DNA of 64,000 nt from Squalus acanthias. Its lineage: Eukaryota. A model generated the notes under the pieces. That model ran no database searches. It was not told the DNA's origin and saw nothing but the letters and a program-made list of their open reading frames with translations. Location of the stretch: positions 4,030,001 through 4,094,000 of the forward strand of contig JASTWF010000034.1 of NCBI GenBank assembly GCA_030390025.1. The letters are read 5' to 3'. Numbering within the stretch: position 1 is the first letter of the stretch; every line of letters begins with the position of its first letter. The position numbers and the translations under genes are program-made. Positions 1 to 11,941 of this stretch are shown here, in pieces.

Positions 1-767
1 GCAAGTGTCAAACACTCCCGGGTGAGGTACGGGCAAGGTTTATGTCCGAGTTAAGCTCCGCTCAACTTGCCACATCAAAGGCCGAGCCTGATGGCAGGTG
101 TTGAACAGCTCCCAGTATCTGGTTAGACTCTCACCTCGGCAGAATCCTGGACTGATGGGATTCTCAGTAAAGTTCCTCACCTTTCCAATCATTGTTGAAG
201 CTTCCCGTTTTATCCCGTCTCCGACACGGGGGTCTCGATCCCACCAGATCTGCTCTCTGAACCCAGCGACATTTCTCCAGTCCCAGTCAGTGAGGCGATG
301 ATTCGACTTCTCTCTCTCCACCTTCCTGAGATATTGCTCACTCCCAGAGACTGTCAACAGTAAAATGATTCATATTAATCCCAGAATACAGGGGGAGCAT
401 TTTTGTGACCATAATTATATTCACTTTGATTATTTTTGCAATTAGGGAGTGTAATTGAATTACTTACTTTAATATTGAATAGTTCTTTTCTGTCCATTGC
501 CCTGTTTATTGGGACTAAACTCACCCCCAGTGTCAGCTGTCACTCCAGCTCCTCCCACACTGACTTCCCACTGATGGGCCGTAACCAGGGGCAGGGCCCT
601 GTCTCCATGTGACATCACACAGCAGCTAGGAACGATGTCACAAAGCGGCCGGAGCCCCTCCCACTCGAGCTGTCACAGGGTCACATTGACCAGGCTCTGC
701 TCCTGGTGTGCAGTCTCACTGGGCATGAACACAGGGTGTACAATCAGCCCCGTCTCCGGGAATGAAC

Positions 768-1718
768 GCTTACGACACCCAGCTCTACCTCACTACCTCT
801 TCTCTCGACCCCTCCACGGTGTCTAAATTGTCAGACTGCTTGACCGACATCCAGTTCTGGATGAGCAAAAAGTTTCTCCAAGTAAATATTGGGAAGACCG
901 AAGCCATTGTTTTCGGTCCCTGCCACCAACACCATTCCCTAGCCACAGACTCAATCCCTCTCCCTAACATCTGTCTGAGGCTGAACCACACTGTTCGCAA
1001 CATTGGTGTCATATTTGACCCTGAAATGAGCCTCCGACCACATATCCGCAGCATAACAAAGGCCGCCTACTTCCACCTCCGTAACATCGCCCGTCTTTCC
1101 CTTGCCTCCTCTCATCCGCTGCTGAAACCCTCATCCATGCCTTTGTTACTTCTAGACTTGACTATTCCAACGCACTCCTGGCTGGCCTCCCACATTCCAC
1201 CCTATGGAAACTTGAGGCCATCCAAAACTCGGCTGCCCGTGTCCTTACTCGCACCAAGTCCCGTTCACCCATCTCCCCTGTGCTCGCTGACCAACACTGG
1301 CTCCAGGTTAAGCAGCACCTCGATTTCAAAATTCTCATCCTTGTTTTCAAATCCCTCCATGGCCTCGCCCCTTCCTATCTCTAATCTCCTTCAGCCCCAC
1401 AACCCCCCGAGATATCTGCGCTCCTCTAATTCTGCCCTCGAGCATCCCTGATTATAATCGCTCAACATTTGGTGGCCGTGCCTTCTGTTGCCTGGGCCCT
1501 AAGTTCTGGAATTCCCAGCCTAAACCTCGCTACCTCTCTTTCCTCCTTGAAGACGCTCATTAAAACCTTCCACTTTGACCAAGCTTTTAGTCACCTGTCC
1601 TAATTTATCCTTCTATGGCTCAATGTCAAAATTGTTTGTCTTAAAATACTCCTGTGAAGCGCCTTGGGACGTTTTACTACGGTAAAGGCGCTATTTAAAT
1701 ACACGTTATTGTTGTTGT
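768..1718 (+). mobile_element. L2-clade LINE, 5'-truncated (RT C-terminus + 3' tail), frameshifted
   Basis: ORF 762-1451 reads DTQLY..LSDCLTDIQFWMSKKFLQVNIGKTE..VRNIGVIFD..AYFHLRNIARL; L2-type tail tgtgaagcgccttgggacg...aaaggcgctatttaaat..gttgttg. Confidence 0.85.
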
Positions 1719-1732
1719 ACATCTGTGGCTCT

Positions 1733-1888
1733 ATAGAATCATAGAATGGTTACAGCACAGAAGGAGGCCATACGGCCCATCGAGCCCGTGCCGGCTCCCT
1801 TCAGGAGCACTTCAGCAAGTCCCACTCCCCCGCCCTTTCCCCAGAGCACTGCAATTGTTTTCCTTCAGGCACTTATCCAATTCCCTTT
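1733..1888 (-). mobile_element. CR1 LINE 3' end fragment
   Basis: reverse complement of the CR1 tail (gatgggccg..tggcctccttctgtgctgtaaccattctatgattctat). Confidence 0.8.
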
Positions 1889-3115
1889 TGATATACCCCA
1901 CACCCCTCACTGTAACACTGATATACCCCACACCCCTCACTGTAACACTGATGTACCCCACACCCTCACTGTAACACTGATATACCCCACACCCCTCACT
2001 GTAACACTGATATACCCCACACCCCTCACTGTAACACTGATGTACCCCACACCCTCACTGTAACACTGATATACCCCACACCCCTCACTGTAACACTGAT
2101 ACACCCCTCACTGTAACACTGATACACCCCTCACTGTAACACTGATACACCCCTCACTGTAACACTGATACACCCCTCACTGTAACACTGATACACCCCT
2201 CACTGTAACACTGATACACCCCTCACTGTAACACTGATACACCCCTCACTGTAACACTGATACACCCCTCACTGTAACACTGATACACCCCTCACTGTAA
2301 CACTGATACACCCCTCACTGTAACAATGATACACCCCTCACTGTAACACTGATACACCCCTCACTGTAACACTGATACACCCCTCACTGTAACACTGATA
2401 CACCCCTCACTGTAACACTGATACACCCCTCACTGTAACACTGATACACCCCTCACTGTAACACTGATACACCCCTCACTGTAACACTGATACACCCCTC
2501 ACTGTAACACTGATACACCCCTCACTGTAACACTGATACACCCCTCACTGTAACACTGATACACCCCTCACTGTAACACTGATACACCCCTCACTGTAAC
2601 ACTGATACACCCCTCACTGTAACACTGATACACCCCTCACTGTAACACTGATACACCCCTCACTGTAACACTGATACACCCCACACTGTAACACTGATAC
2701 ACCCCACACCCCTCACTGTAACACTGATACACCCCACACCCCTCACTGTAACACTGATACACCCCACACCCCTCACTGTAACACTGATACACCCCACACC
2801 CCTCACTGTAACACTGATACACCCCACACCCCTCACTGTAACACTGATACACCCCACACCCCTCACTGTAACACTGATACACCCCACACCCCTCACTGTA
2901 ACACTGATACACCCCACACCGTAACACTGATACACCCCACACCCCTCACTGTAACACTGATAAACCCCACACCCCTCACTGTAACACTGATACACCCCAC
3001 ACCCCACACTGTAACACTGATACACCCCACACCCCTCACTGTAACACTGATATACGCCACATCCCTCACTGTAACACTGATATACCCCACACCCGTTATT
3101 TTAACACTCTGATTC
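1888..3115. repeat. Minisatellite with 30-bp (accccacacccctcactgtaacactgatac) and 23-bp (acacccctcactgtaacactgat) units
   Basis: tandem array read directly; central block 23-bp, flanks 29/30-bp. Confidence 0.95.
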
Positions 3116-3126
3116 ACTGGGAAGGC

Positions 3127-4507
3127 GAGCTGCTGGTTGTGTGGGCCACTGAGCTGCTGGTTGTGTGGGGAGTTGAGCTGCTGGTTTATTGGGGAGGTGA
3201 GCTGCTGGTTTATTGGCGAGGTGAGATGCTGGTTTAGTGGGCCAGTGAGCTGCTGGTTTAGTGGGGAGGTGAGCTGCTGGTTTTGTGGGCCAGTGAACTG
3301 CTGGTTTAGTGGGCCAGTGAGCTGCTGGTTTAGTGGGCCAGTGAGCTGCTGGTTTAGTGGGGAGTGAGCTGCTGGTTAAGTGGGCCGGTGAGCTGCTGGT
3401 TTAGTGGGGAGTGAGCTGCTGGTTTAGTGGGCCAGTGAGCTGCTGGTTTAGTGGGGAGGTGAGCTGCTGGTTTAGTGGGGAGGTGAGCTGCTGGTTTAGT
3501 GGGGCGGTGAGCTGCTGGTTTAGTGGGGAGTGAGCTGCTGGTTTAGTGGGCCAGTGAGCTGCTGGTTTAGTGGGGAGGTGAGCTGCTGGTTTAGTGGGGC
3601 GGTGAGCTGCTGGTTTAGTGGGCCAGTGAGCTGCTGGTTTAGTGGGGAGTGAGCTGTTGGTTTAGTGGGCCAGTGAGCTGCTGGTTTAGTGGGGAGGTGA
3701 GCTGCTGGTTTAGTGGGGAGGTGAGCTGCTGGTTTAGTGGGGAGTGAGCTGCTGGTTTAGTGGGGAGTGAGCTGCTGGTTTAGTGGGGAGTGAGCTGCTG
3801 GTTTAGTGGGGCGGTGAGCTGCTGGTTTAGTGGGCCAGTGAGCTGCTGGTTTAGTGGGGAGTGAGCTGTTGGTTTAGTGGGCCAGTGAGCTGCTGGTTTA
3901 GTGGGGAGGTGAGCTGCTGGTTTAGTGGGGAGGTGAGCTGCTGGTTTAGTGGGGAGTGAGCTGCTGGTTTAGTGGGGAGTGAGCTGCTGGTTTAGTGGGG
4001 AGTGAGCTGCTGGTTTAGTGGGGAGGTGAGCTGCTGGTTTAGTGGGCCAGTGAGCTGCTGGTTTAGTGGGGAGGTGAGCTGATGGTTTAGTGGGCCAGTG
4101 AGCTGCTGGTTTAGTGGGGAGGTGAGCTGCTGGTTTAGTGGGGCGGTGAGCTGCTGGTTTAGTGGGCCAGTGAGCTGCTGGTTTAGTGGGGAGGTGAGCT
4201 GTTGGTTTAGTGGGCCAGTGAGCTGCTGGTTTAGTGGGGAGGTGAGCTGCTGGTTTAGTGGGGAGTGAGCTGCTGGTTTAGTGGGGAGTGAGCTGCTGGT
4301 TTAGTGGGGAGTGAGCTGCTGGTTTAGTGGGGAGTGAGCTGCTGGTTTAGTGGGGAGTGAGCTGCTGGTTTAGTGGGGAGTGAGCTGCTCGTTTAGTGGG
4401 GAGGTGAGCTGCTGGTTGAGTGGGGAGGTGAGCTGCTGGTTTAGTGGGGATTGAGCTGCTGGTTTAGTGGAGAGTGAGCTGCTGGCTTAGTGGGGAGGTG
4501 AGCTGTT
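3127..4507. repeat. Minisatellite, 23/24-bp units gtgagctgctggtttagtggg(cca/gag/ga/gcg)
   Basis: tandem array with interspersed variant units. Confidence 0.95.
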
Positions 4508-4818
4508 ATCATTCGTTGTGCTTGCCCATTAATCTCTATTAGTTTGTTCGTTACTCTCCCACACAGGAGTGTTAATTACCTGCTTCTGTAACCTTCAAAC
4601 CCTCACAGCTTCCAATGTCCTTTGCAAAAGGGACTGATTCTCTAGCCACACTCCCCAGCAGTCCTCCAGACACCCTGCTGGTAATAAATTCAATCTTCAC
4701 ACTCACCCATGCTTGGCAGCAGATGTGTGTCGATCTGGACTGTGTTTTAACCTAACTTAATCCCTAGTTATTCTAGCTTAATATTGAAATAATTCTATAT
4801 CTCAACCAGTGGATTCTA

Positions 4819-5480
4819 TTAAATAATCCATACATACCTATCCTTACAAGAACTTTTAAAAGGTCTGCTGTCAAAGTGAATTCGCTGGTGTTTCAGCAGA
4901 CTGGATGAACTTGTGAATCCCTTCGCACACACGGAGCAGGTGAACTGATTCTCTCCAGTTTGAATTCGCTGGTGTTTCAGCAGGATGGGTGACCGACTGA
5001 ATCCCTTTGCACGCACGGAGAGGGTGAACAGTTTCTCCCCAGTGTGACTGCACCGATGCATTTGCATCTGAGATGGATAATTGAATCTCTTCTATCAGTC
5101 CCCACATTCCCACGGTTTCTCCATGGTCCATCTCTCTCTCCAGGTGGGACGATCGGTTGATAACTTGTCCACACACAAAAAACGTGTACAGTTTCTCCCC
5201 TATCTAATAGGTGCAAAGTTTTTTCAGGCTGTGTAGCTGGTTACAGCTCTCTCCACAGTCAGTGCACTGGAACACTCTCACTCAAGTGTGAATGGGTCTC
5301 GGTGCTTTCCCAGTCACAAGGTGTAAAAATCCTTTCCCACACAGAAGAACCCGAGAAAGATTTCTCCTTCTGCATTCAAATGTCGATGATATTCAGGTCC
5401 TGATGAATCGAGTGACTGTCAGATCTTGGCGTGATGTTTGGTTTGAGTTTCTTGTCTACAAATCCTCCCCTTCTAATACC
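4819..5480 (-). pseudogene. C2H2 zinc-finger gene main exon, pseudogenised
   Basis: splice acceptor ccttttacag ending at 5481; frame from ATG 5124 reads MEKPWECGD**KRFNYPSQMQMHRCSHTGEKLFTLSVRAKGF..HQRIQTGENQFTCSVCAKGF..HQRIH; two in-frame stops; only the last finger is intact. Confidence 0.85.
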
Positions 5481-5704
5481 CTGTAAAAGGAGATTTCAAA
5501 AGTCATCACTGTAAGTACAGGACAGAAATTCAGAACAGACAATTCTAGTTTCTATGGAACAATCTTTCCTCTCGTTTCCCCAAAAAGTTGTTGTTTCCTT
5601 TCCCACACACTCTCCCTCTCCGTGGTGAAATCCTTACCCATTGCATCATATGTTTGCCCCTCTCCCACTCTCTCCCTCCCTCTGCTCCAGTTCTACAGCC
5701 CCTG

Positions 5705-6168
5705 TGTGCGAGGAGTGTGATGGAATACTCTGCACTTGCCTGGATGAGTACAGCTCCAACAAAACTGAAGAAGCTCAAAACCATCCAGGACAAAGCAGCC
5801 CGCTTGATTGACACCTCATCCACCACCTTAAACATTCACTCCCTCCACCACTGGCGTACCGGGGCTGCAGTGTGTACCATCTACAAGATGCACTGCAGCA
5901 ACTCGCCAAGGCTTCTTTGGCAGCATCTCCCAAACCTGTGACCTCTTCCACCTAGAAGGACAAGGGCAGCAGGCGCATGGGAACACCACCACCTCCAAGT
6001 TCCCCTCCAAGTCACACAATCCTGAATTGGAAGTATATCGCCGATCCTTCATCGTCGCCGAGTCAAAATCCTGGAACTCCCTCCCTGACAGCACAGTGGG
6101 CGTACCTTCACCACACGGACTGCAGCGGTTCAAGAAGGCGAATCACCACCACCTTCTCGAGGGAATTA
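5705..6168 (+). mobile_element. CR1-group LINE 3' fragment (same family as 21690-23371)
   Basis: RSVMEYSALAWMS..LKKLKTIQDKAARLI; tail caccaccttctcgaggg; near-identical to 22880-23340. Confidence 0.85.
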
Positions 6169-6179
6169 AAAATGTGTTC

Positions 6180-6800
6180 CTGCTGCAGCTGCATTGCGAG
6201 AGAGGGGAGCGCATGCGCTCTAACCCCATACAGTCCAAGATGGCGGCGCGGGGCCAAGGCCCGCCTTCCTTCAGAAAGATGGCGGCCGGTTGCCTGGGTA
6301 ACCCGGCCCTGTCGCCGAGGAGAAATCCTCTTACAAGATGGCGGACAGTCGCTCCACTCACCCCGGCGGCCGGGCCTGGCGGCGCTGCGAAAACACGGAC
6401 CCTGCGGTATCTTATTCGGGGCCTGAGGCCTACGCCGGGTGTTTTTGAATCTTCCCAGTCCAGCCGCGGCGCGAATTCCTCCCCGGCCGCTACAATCTCC
6501 TCCCGCCTCTTCAGCCGCTTGTTCGGCCATTAGTACAACAGGAAATACTCTGACGAAGGTCACGACCTGAAACGTTCATTTTGCTTCTCTGTACTCGATG
6601 CTCCGATTGTTGTCCATCATTACTCCTGCACGTCACCACGCGCACTGCGTATGCTCGGAGCACCCCCTGCTTCGCGCCTGCGCACTGGGCCCCTGTAGTC
6701 ATTGATAGGACACTTTCTGCCGCGCGGGGTTCCTGGGTAAGCACACCGCCATTGAAAGCTCCAATTGGTGAAGAGATCATTCACATTTTCAGATTGGGCC
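6180..6800. promoter_or_regulatory. CpG-rich promoter/first exon of the minus-strand ZNF gene
   Basis: CpG dense; NRF1 palindrome gcgcatgcgc 6209-6218; YY1-type aagatggcgg at 6237, 6276, 6335; minus-strand donor GTGAGT at 6361-6356; ZNF143-like ctacaatctcc ~6490. Confidence 0.7.
6545..6620 (+). mobile_element. Degenerate Penelope-like pLTR fragment with hammerhead core
   Basis: ctgacga-aggtc-ac-gacct-gaaacgtt at 6550-6576; similar to the reverse complement of 11990-12043. Confidence 0.6.
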
Positions 6801-6907
6801 TTTGTTCACTACCTGTAGCGGGGTGACATTAAGTTGCCCTAGTGTCACCAGACGGGGACATTAAACCATTAAGGCAGTTGTCCCAGCGCACCACAAATGT
6901 CCAGTAA

Positions 6908-7012
6908 CAGTTCTAAGGAAGGGCTCTCGACCCGAAACGTTGACTCTGTTTCTCTCTCCTCGATGCTGCCTGACCTGCTGAGTGTTTTCAACATGTTCTG
7001 TTGTTATTCCAG
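6908..7012 (+). mobile_element. Penelope-like pLTR fragment (hammerhead core mutated)
   Basis: ctaaggaaggg..cccgaaacgttgactctgtttctctctcc..gatgctgcctgacctgctgag; matches the tail of element 11942-12763. Confidence 0.75.
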
Positions 7013-8947
7013 TAATAAGTGTGTACAATACAGCCACACACACACACAAACAATAATTAAATCACAATGTGATTGTAAGTTTCGATTATCACCTCACTGA
7101 CCTGCAATGCGCTCTGGTCACGGAAGATATCGTACCTACCAGTGGACACTGCATGCACCCTCTCCAGGGCCACCTGGGCACGGACAAGACCGCGGAACTG
7201 AGGCAGGAAGCCAGAGACACCCTCGCACCCGATGGGCCCCGCCCACCCTGAACCTACAAATTGCTGTTTCAGCCAAGCCCAAGTGCAGGTCCAGGAGAAG
7301 ATCCGCCGCCTTACTCACCCCACTCTGCACCAGGCGGCCAAAGATTAGGAGCCTGGGGCTAAAATGTAACCAAAAGCTGAGGAGCTGCCACTTCTGGTAA
7401 CGATACAGAGGCTGCAACCTCTCACACTGAAAATACATATGGCCCCTGGACTCGTCAAGGCCGTAAAAACCACGGCCGGAATTGTGCCTACCTGGGCAGG
7501 TCCGGTGGGGGAGGTGGCCATGGTAGGTCGTGACCCAACTGCTGGCTCCAGCCCGCTGCTGAAATTAACTTTACGTTAATGGGGCCTATTGAGCCCGCCC
7601 AGTGCGTTACCCAGGACAATTAGACGGGTCTGGTCTGTTGACGTCATCGATGACGCGTTTTCAGCCGTGATCTTTAAAGGGGCCACGGCCACATTGGATT
7701 TGAATGTCAATGTAACATAGTGCTGTCAGTGCACTACAGCATTGGAGTGCTGCAAACACTAACAATGACTGCACAGAGGCAGAGGGAGTCAAAGCATTCA
7801 GGGTGGTCCTCTTCTCTTCCAATGGACGGAAGAGACCTCTCCAGGACACCAAAACAGCCTGGTTGGAGATTGCAGAGGGGGTCACCAGCAGGGATGTTGT
7901 CAGGAAGACCTGGGTGCAGTGCCACAAACGTTTCAATGATCTCATTAGATCAGGAAATATGAGTACAAAGCTGCACTCACCTTCATCTTGCTGTGACCCT
8001 CATCACACCCACATCACTCTGCCTTCCCAACTCTATCTCTGCACAGTGTTACACACAACAACATACCTTGCACGTCCACCCATCCCTCTCTTTTTATTTA
8101 CATTATCTCACTAGCTCCAATAGAAATATCTGGAATCGCCGAGCAGCTGGAGTTGGGAGACGGAGCAAGTGGAACATCTCGGCAACCTGGTGACAGAATT
8201 ACATATCATAAAGCTACATGGCATACATCCGTCACTCATATGGGCACTCATCTCACTGAATGGTCATCGTGTGCATAATGATATCTGTACCCATTCTTCA
8301 TATGACATATCCAACTCATATCTTCACTCTTCCACACGTCCATCAAGAGCTCCACCCTCCACTGTCCAGGATGAAGAGGAAGAGGACTCCTCAGTGGAGC
8401 CTCCAGCCTCTGAGGGCGCACCATCACCAGACATAAGCTCACCCAACACAAGGGCAGACACGCAAACCTCGGTGAGTCCCACACGAGATAGAGTAGTGTT
8501 GTAACCTGGTGTCTCATAACTTACAAGTGTGCAAGAGCAGATGGTGGACACAGGGACAGCAGTGGAGACTCCTTGCCTTAGGGCGCAGGGCGCTCCCAGC
8601 TCTGCTCAGCTGCATGCAGACGCTGAGCCTCGGGGGCCATCCAGAAAGAGGGCGATCCTGGAGGTGCAGCAAGAAGTGCAGGGGGGCTCTGACAGGTTTT
8701 ACGAGCGCGATGACTACAAATGTTCAGAGAATGGAGGAGCCCATCTGCAACATGACCACCAGCATGTCACAGCCCATGGTGACTGTAGGCTCCTCCATGG
8801 ATAGGATGGGCAGCTACATGGAGCAGCTAATATGCCAGTCGGAGGAACACATGATCTTTATGGAGGATAGATGGCTATGTATAGAGAATAGATAAAAATG
8901 AGAAGTCGCACAACACCAGGTTATAGTCCAACAGATTTATTTAAAAT

Positions 8948-8983
8948 TACAAGCTTTCGGAGCTGTCGCCCCTTCCTCAGGTA
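8948..8983 (-). ncRNA. Minimal type I hammerhead ribozyme motif (left arm)
   Basis: reverse complement: tac-CTGAGGA-a-ggggc-gaca-gctcc-GAAA-gctt-gta. Confidence 0.7.
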
Positions 8984-9640
8984 GAGTTACTGTGAGACAA
9001 TCTATCAGAATTCACAGAATATAAACACAGAGAAAATGCATTCAATCTTTCCCTACATCAAAGACACACGAAGAGCACAGCCAAGACAATGAGATGTGTC
9101 CCAGGGGGTCCAACGTGTCAAAACACCTGCTGGCTGCATATCCTCTCCATTTGGGTTTGTTTATTGTGTTTGTTTTTTTAAAAAGCTGGAAAGACCGGCA
9201 ACGATGTCAAGTCACGTTCTGTATCGTGACATGAACCCGATATCCCGATTGAGGCCATCCTCATGAGAGCGGAACTTGGCTATCAGTTTCTGCTGGATGA
9301 TTTTGCGTTGTCGTGTATCCCGAAGGCCGCCTTGGAGAAGATAGCCAAGTTCCGCACTCATGAGGAAGGCCTCAATCGGGATATCGGGTTCATGTCACGA
9401 TACAGAACGTGACTTGACATCGTTGCCGGTCTTTCCAGCTTTTTAAAAAAACAAACACAAGAAACAAACCCAAATGGAGAGGATATGCAGCCAGCAGGTG
9501 TTTTGACACGTTGGACCCCCTGGGACACATCTCATTGTCTTGGATGTGCTCTTAGTGTGTCTTTGATGTAGGGAAAGATTGAATGCATTTTCTCTGTGTT
9601 TAGTTTCTGTGAATTCTAATAGATTGTCTCACAGTAACTC

Positions 9641-9676
9641 TACCTGAGGAAGGGGCGACAGCTCCGAAAGCTTGTA
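9641..9676 (+). ncRNA. Minimal type I hammerhead ribozyme motif (right arm)
   Basis: tac-CTGAGGA-a-ggggc-gaca-gctcc-GAAA-gctt-gta; stem I tac/gta, stem II ggggc/gctcc, palindromic aagctt. Confidence 0.7.
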
Positions 9677-9977
9677 ATTTTAAATAAATCTGTTGGACTA
9701 TAACCTGGTGTTGTGCGACTTCTCATTTTTGTCCACCCAAGTCCAACGCCGGCATCTCCACATCATGACCAATAGAGAATAGATGGCAGAGGCTCATAGA
9801 CCTCCTCTCTAAGAGTGATGTCAGCATAGACGTGGGTCCTCATGGCCTCACTTCTGTGCAGCAAGGTGCTCTCCACCTCCTTGGCAGCAGGGAAGTGAGC
9901 AGGCTGCCTCTACCTCTGCTGAAGCCACAGGACTAGCTCCTCGTAGATACATGCAGAAGAGAAAGATGACACACAAG

Positions 9978-10690
9978 TGTAAGATCTCTATGATCTCCCA
10001 GATGTCTTGGAGAAGACACCAATAGGAAGCGGCCAGTATATTTGAGCAATAGATCAAGATTTATTAAGCTTACAGCGTAATAGACTGAACAGCAGGCGAT
10101 AGTTTAACGAGTAGCTCGCAGCCCTTGGACTCTGGAACCTCTCGGACACAAGTGACGTCGTCTTCAGTCCGTTCCTTTGTTCTTGCAGTAGGTCTGTGTA
10201 AAGTTGTTTTTCGAGTGTCAAGGTTTTAACCCATATGTTTTGGGCATTGTCCATATATGGCCTTTAACAAAATCACCTATTTTAATAGGTTGTAATGGTC
10301 AAAACACCATTGTCACTCAGGCTAATTTTAGCATCCTGACCCCGCCTTTCCAGTATTTGTCCTACAACTTTACCCTGTTCATCGTCATCTTGTTTATAGT
10401 TCTTCACCCCATTGGAATTTACCTCATCTCTCTCATTTCTAGCTTCCCTGGTACAGGCAGTACAAGGCCTCATAAACTGCGTCAGCTGCGATACTGTCCA
10501 TTATCAGAGCTTCTCATGACTAGTCCTGGCTGTCTTTGCAGTTACATTTGGAGCAAGCCTCAGCAATTTATGCACAAGTCATTAAAGTTCACACTCAATA
10601 TGGATATTTGGTTAATGTGAAGTTCACTATTCTACACTCACACTTATACATGTTATTACAAAAAACATCCAAGTATCAGTCTTTCGTACA
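9978..10690 (-). mobile_element. Candidate solo LTR
   Basis: tgtaaga...tcgtaca ends; flanks caag/cagg (imperfect 4-bp TSD); minus-strand AATAAA near 10038. Confidence 0.4.
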
Positions 10691-11661
10691 CAGGTATAAT
10701 TCACAAGGGTAGCCACTTGGGTGTTTTATCGAATGTTTATATAAAGTTTCCGTTAATGTACTGTCAAACATCAAAATCCATATTTTCAACACTTTCCGGT
10801 CTTGGACAGATGTGTGTGCACCTTTGCAAGTGGATTAATGAGATACAGTGAATGGTGAGACATAACGGTACCTCCAGCAATGGTGGTGAGTGTGAAAGGA
10901 ACGGCTTGGTCATTGCAGGGATGCTTTACGGTGTTGCTGTGGGGTGGTGCCAACCTGGAGCATCATGTGGCAGCTGCAAGGGTGAACAGCGTTAAGTGAA
11001 GTAAATCTCTCCATGGTGAGGCCAGCCCTGGTCTGCGGGACAGCAATGTGCTCGGGTGCTGATGTGCTCTGTCCTCTGCAGCATCAAGTGATTGCGGAGA
11101 AGGTTGGTGGTGTTGTTGTTGGTGCTGCTGGTGTGCCTGATGCTGCTGGTGTTGGGGCTCATCGTGGTCAGATTCTGAGGACCAAGGTGAGACAGTATAA
11201 ACGGCATCCATGCTGATGGAATAGATGGCAGGTGAAGTAGAGATGACAGAAGCAATCTGTCAATAGTGAGAGAGATTCTCCCAATGAGGTGACACTGGAT
11301 GGAGACTTTGCTGGAAAGGCTCTAAGCTGCAGAATCTGTGCTGAGAATGCAGTGAGAAACAGCTTCTGCTGAGGAAAGTATCAGCTGTCAGGTTAGAGTT
11401 TTGCTATACATTTGATGCTGTCAAGTAATCAGTTGGAGTAATGGCAACTGAAATCCTGCCTCAGGTTGACAGATGTGGTTCCCGAGCAGCGTGTTTCCCA
11501 TGTCCATCCAGTTAAATTTAAGGTTAAGGTTAAAGCCACTCTTAAAGGTCTGACAACCAGCTAATAATAATTTAAATTGGCTCGCCCGCCTCTGCCTTTC
11601 AGGTCGGATCTCCGCTGATAGATACGCTTGGGGGATAGGCGCGTGGGAGCGGGATGATAGC

Positions 11662-11762
11662 GAACACAGAGGCAAAATATTCATTTAAAACCTCACCTGC
11701 ATCTTCCGGCTCTACACACAGATTGCCACTTTGGTACCTAATGGGCACTACTCTTTCCCTGG
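11662..11762 (-). mobile_element. CR1 ORF2 fragment
   Basis: RERVVPIRYQSGNLCVEPEDAGEVLNEYFASVF. Confidence 0.75.
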
Positions 11763-11941
11763 ATATCACGTGGCAGATGAAATTTAAAACAGAAAAGTGC
11801 GAAGTGGTGACGATAACTCTATGATGCATTTTGGTAGGAAGAACGAGGAGATGCAAGAGAAACTAAAGGGTACAATTCTAAAGGGGGTGCAGGAACAGAG
11901 GGACCTGGGGGTATATATGCACAAATCATTAAAGGTATCAG

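Larger units (their letters stand above)
8894..9771. mobile_element. Penelope-like element insertion with inverted pLTRs
   Basis: arms 8894-9284 and 9340-9730 are reverse complements; GIY-YIG C-terminus QKLIAKFRSHEDGLNRDIGFMSRYRT*; 13-bp TSD atagagaatagat at 8881-8893 and 9772-9784. Confidence 0.88.
7440..11660. mobile_element. Degraded PIF/Harbinger DNA transposon (Myb/SANT-like gene on +; possible transposase 5' remnant on -)
   Basis: 7803-7960 VLF..KTAWLEIAEGVTSRDVVRKTWVQCHKRFNDL = Myb/SANT-like domain of Harbinger ORF2, followed by acidic low-complexity ORFs; termini not resolved; interrupted at 8894-9771 and probably 9978-10690. Confidence 0.6.

Noticed and set aside
1888..4507. CRISPR-like array or repetitive ORFs (GCGVYQCYSE, VSCWFSG)
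   Set aside because: Head-to-tail units without unique spacers, no cas genes, vertebrate context; ORFs are repeat translations
5977..6826. Overlapping 70-170 aa ORFs
   Set aside because: GC-rich promoter plus LINE tail; no recognisable domain
6908..6950. Functional hammerhead
   Set aside because: Core reads CTAAGGA rather than CTGANGA and stem II is imperfect
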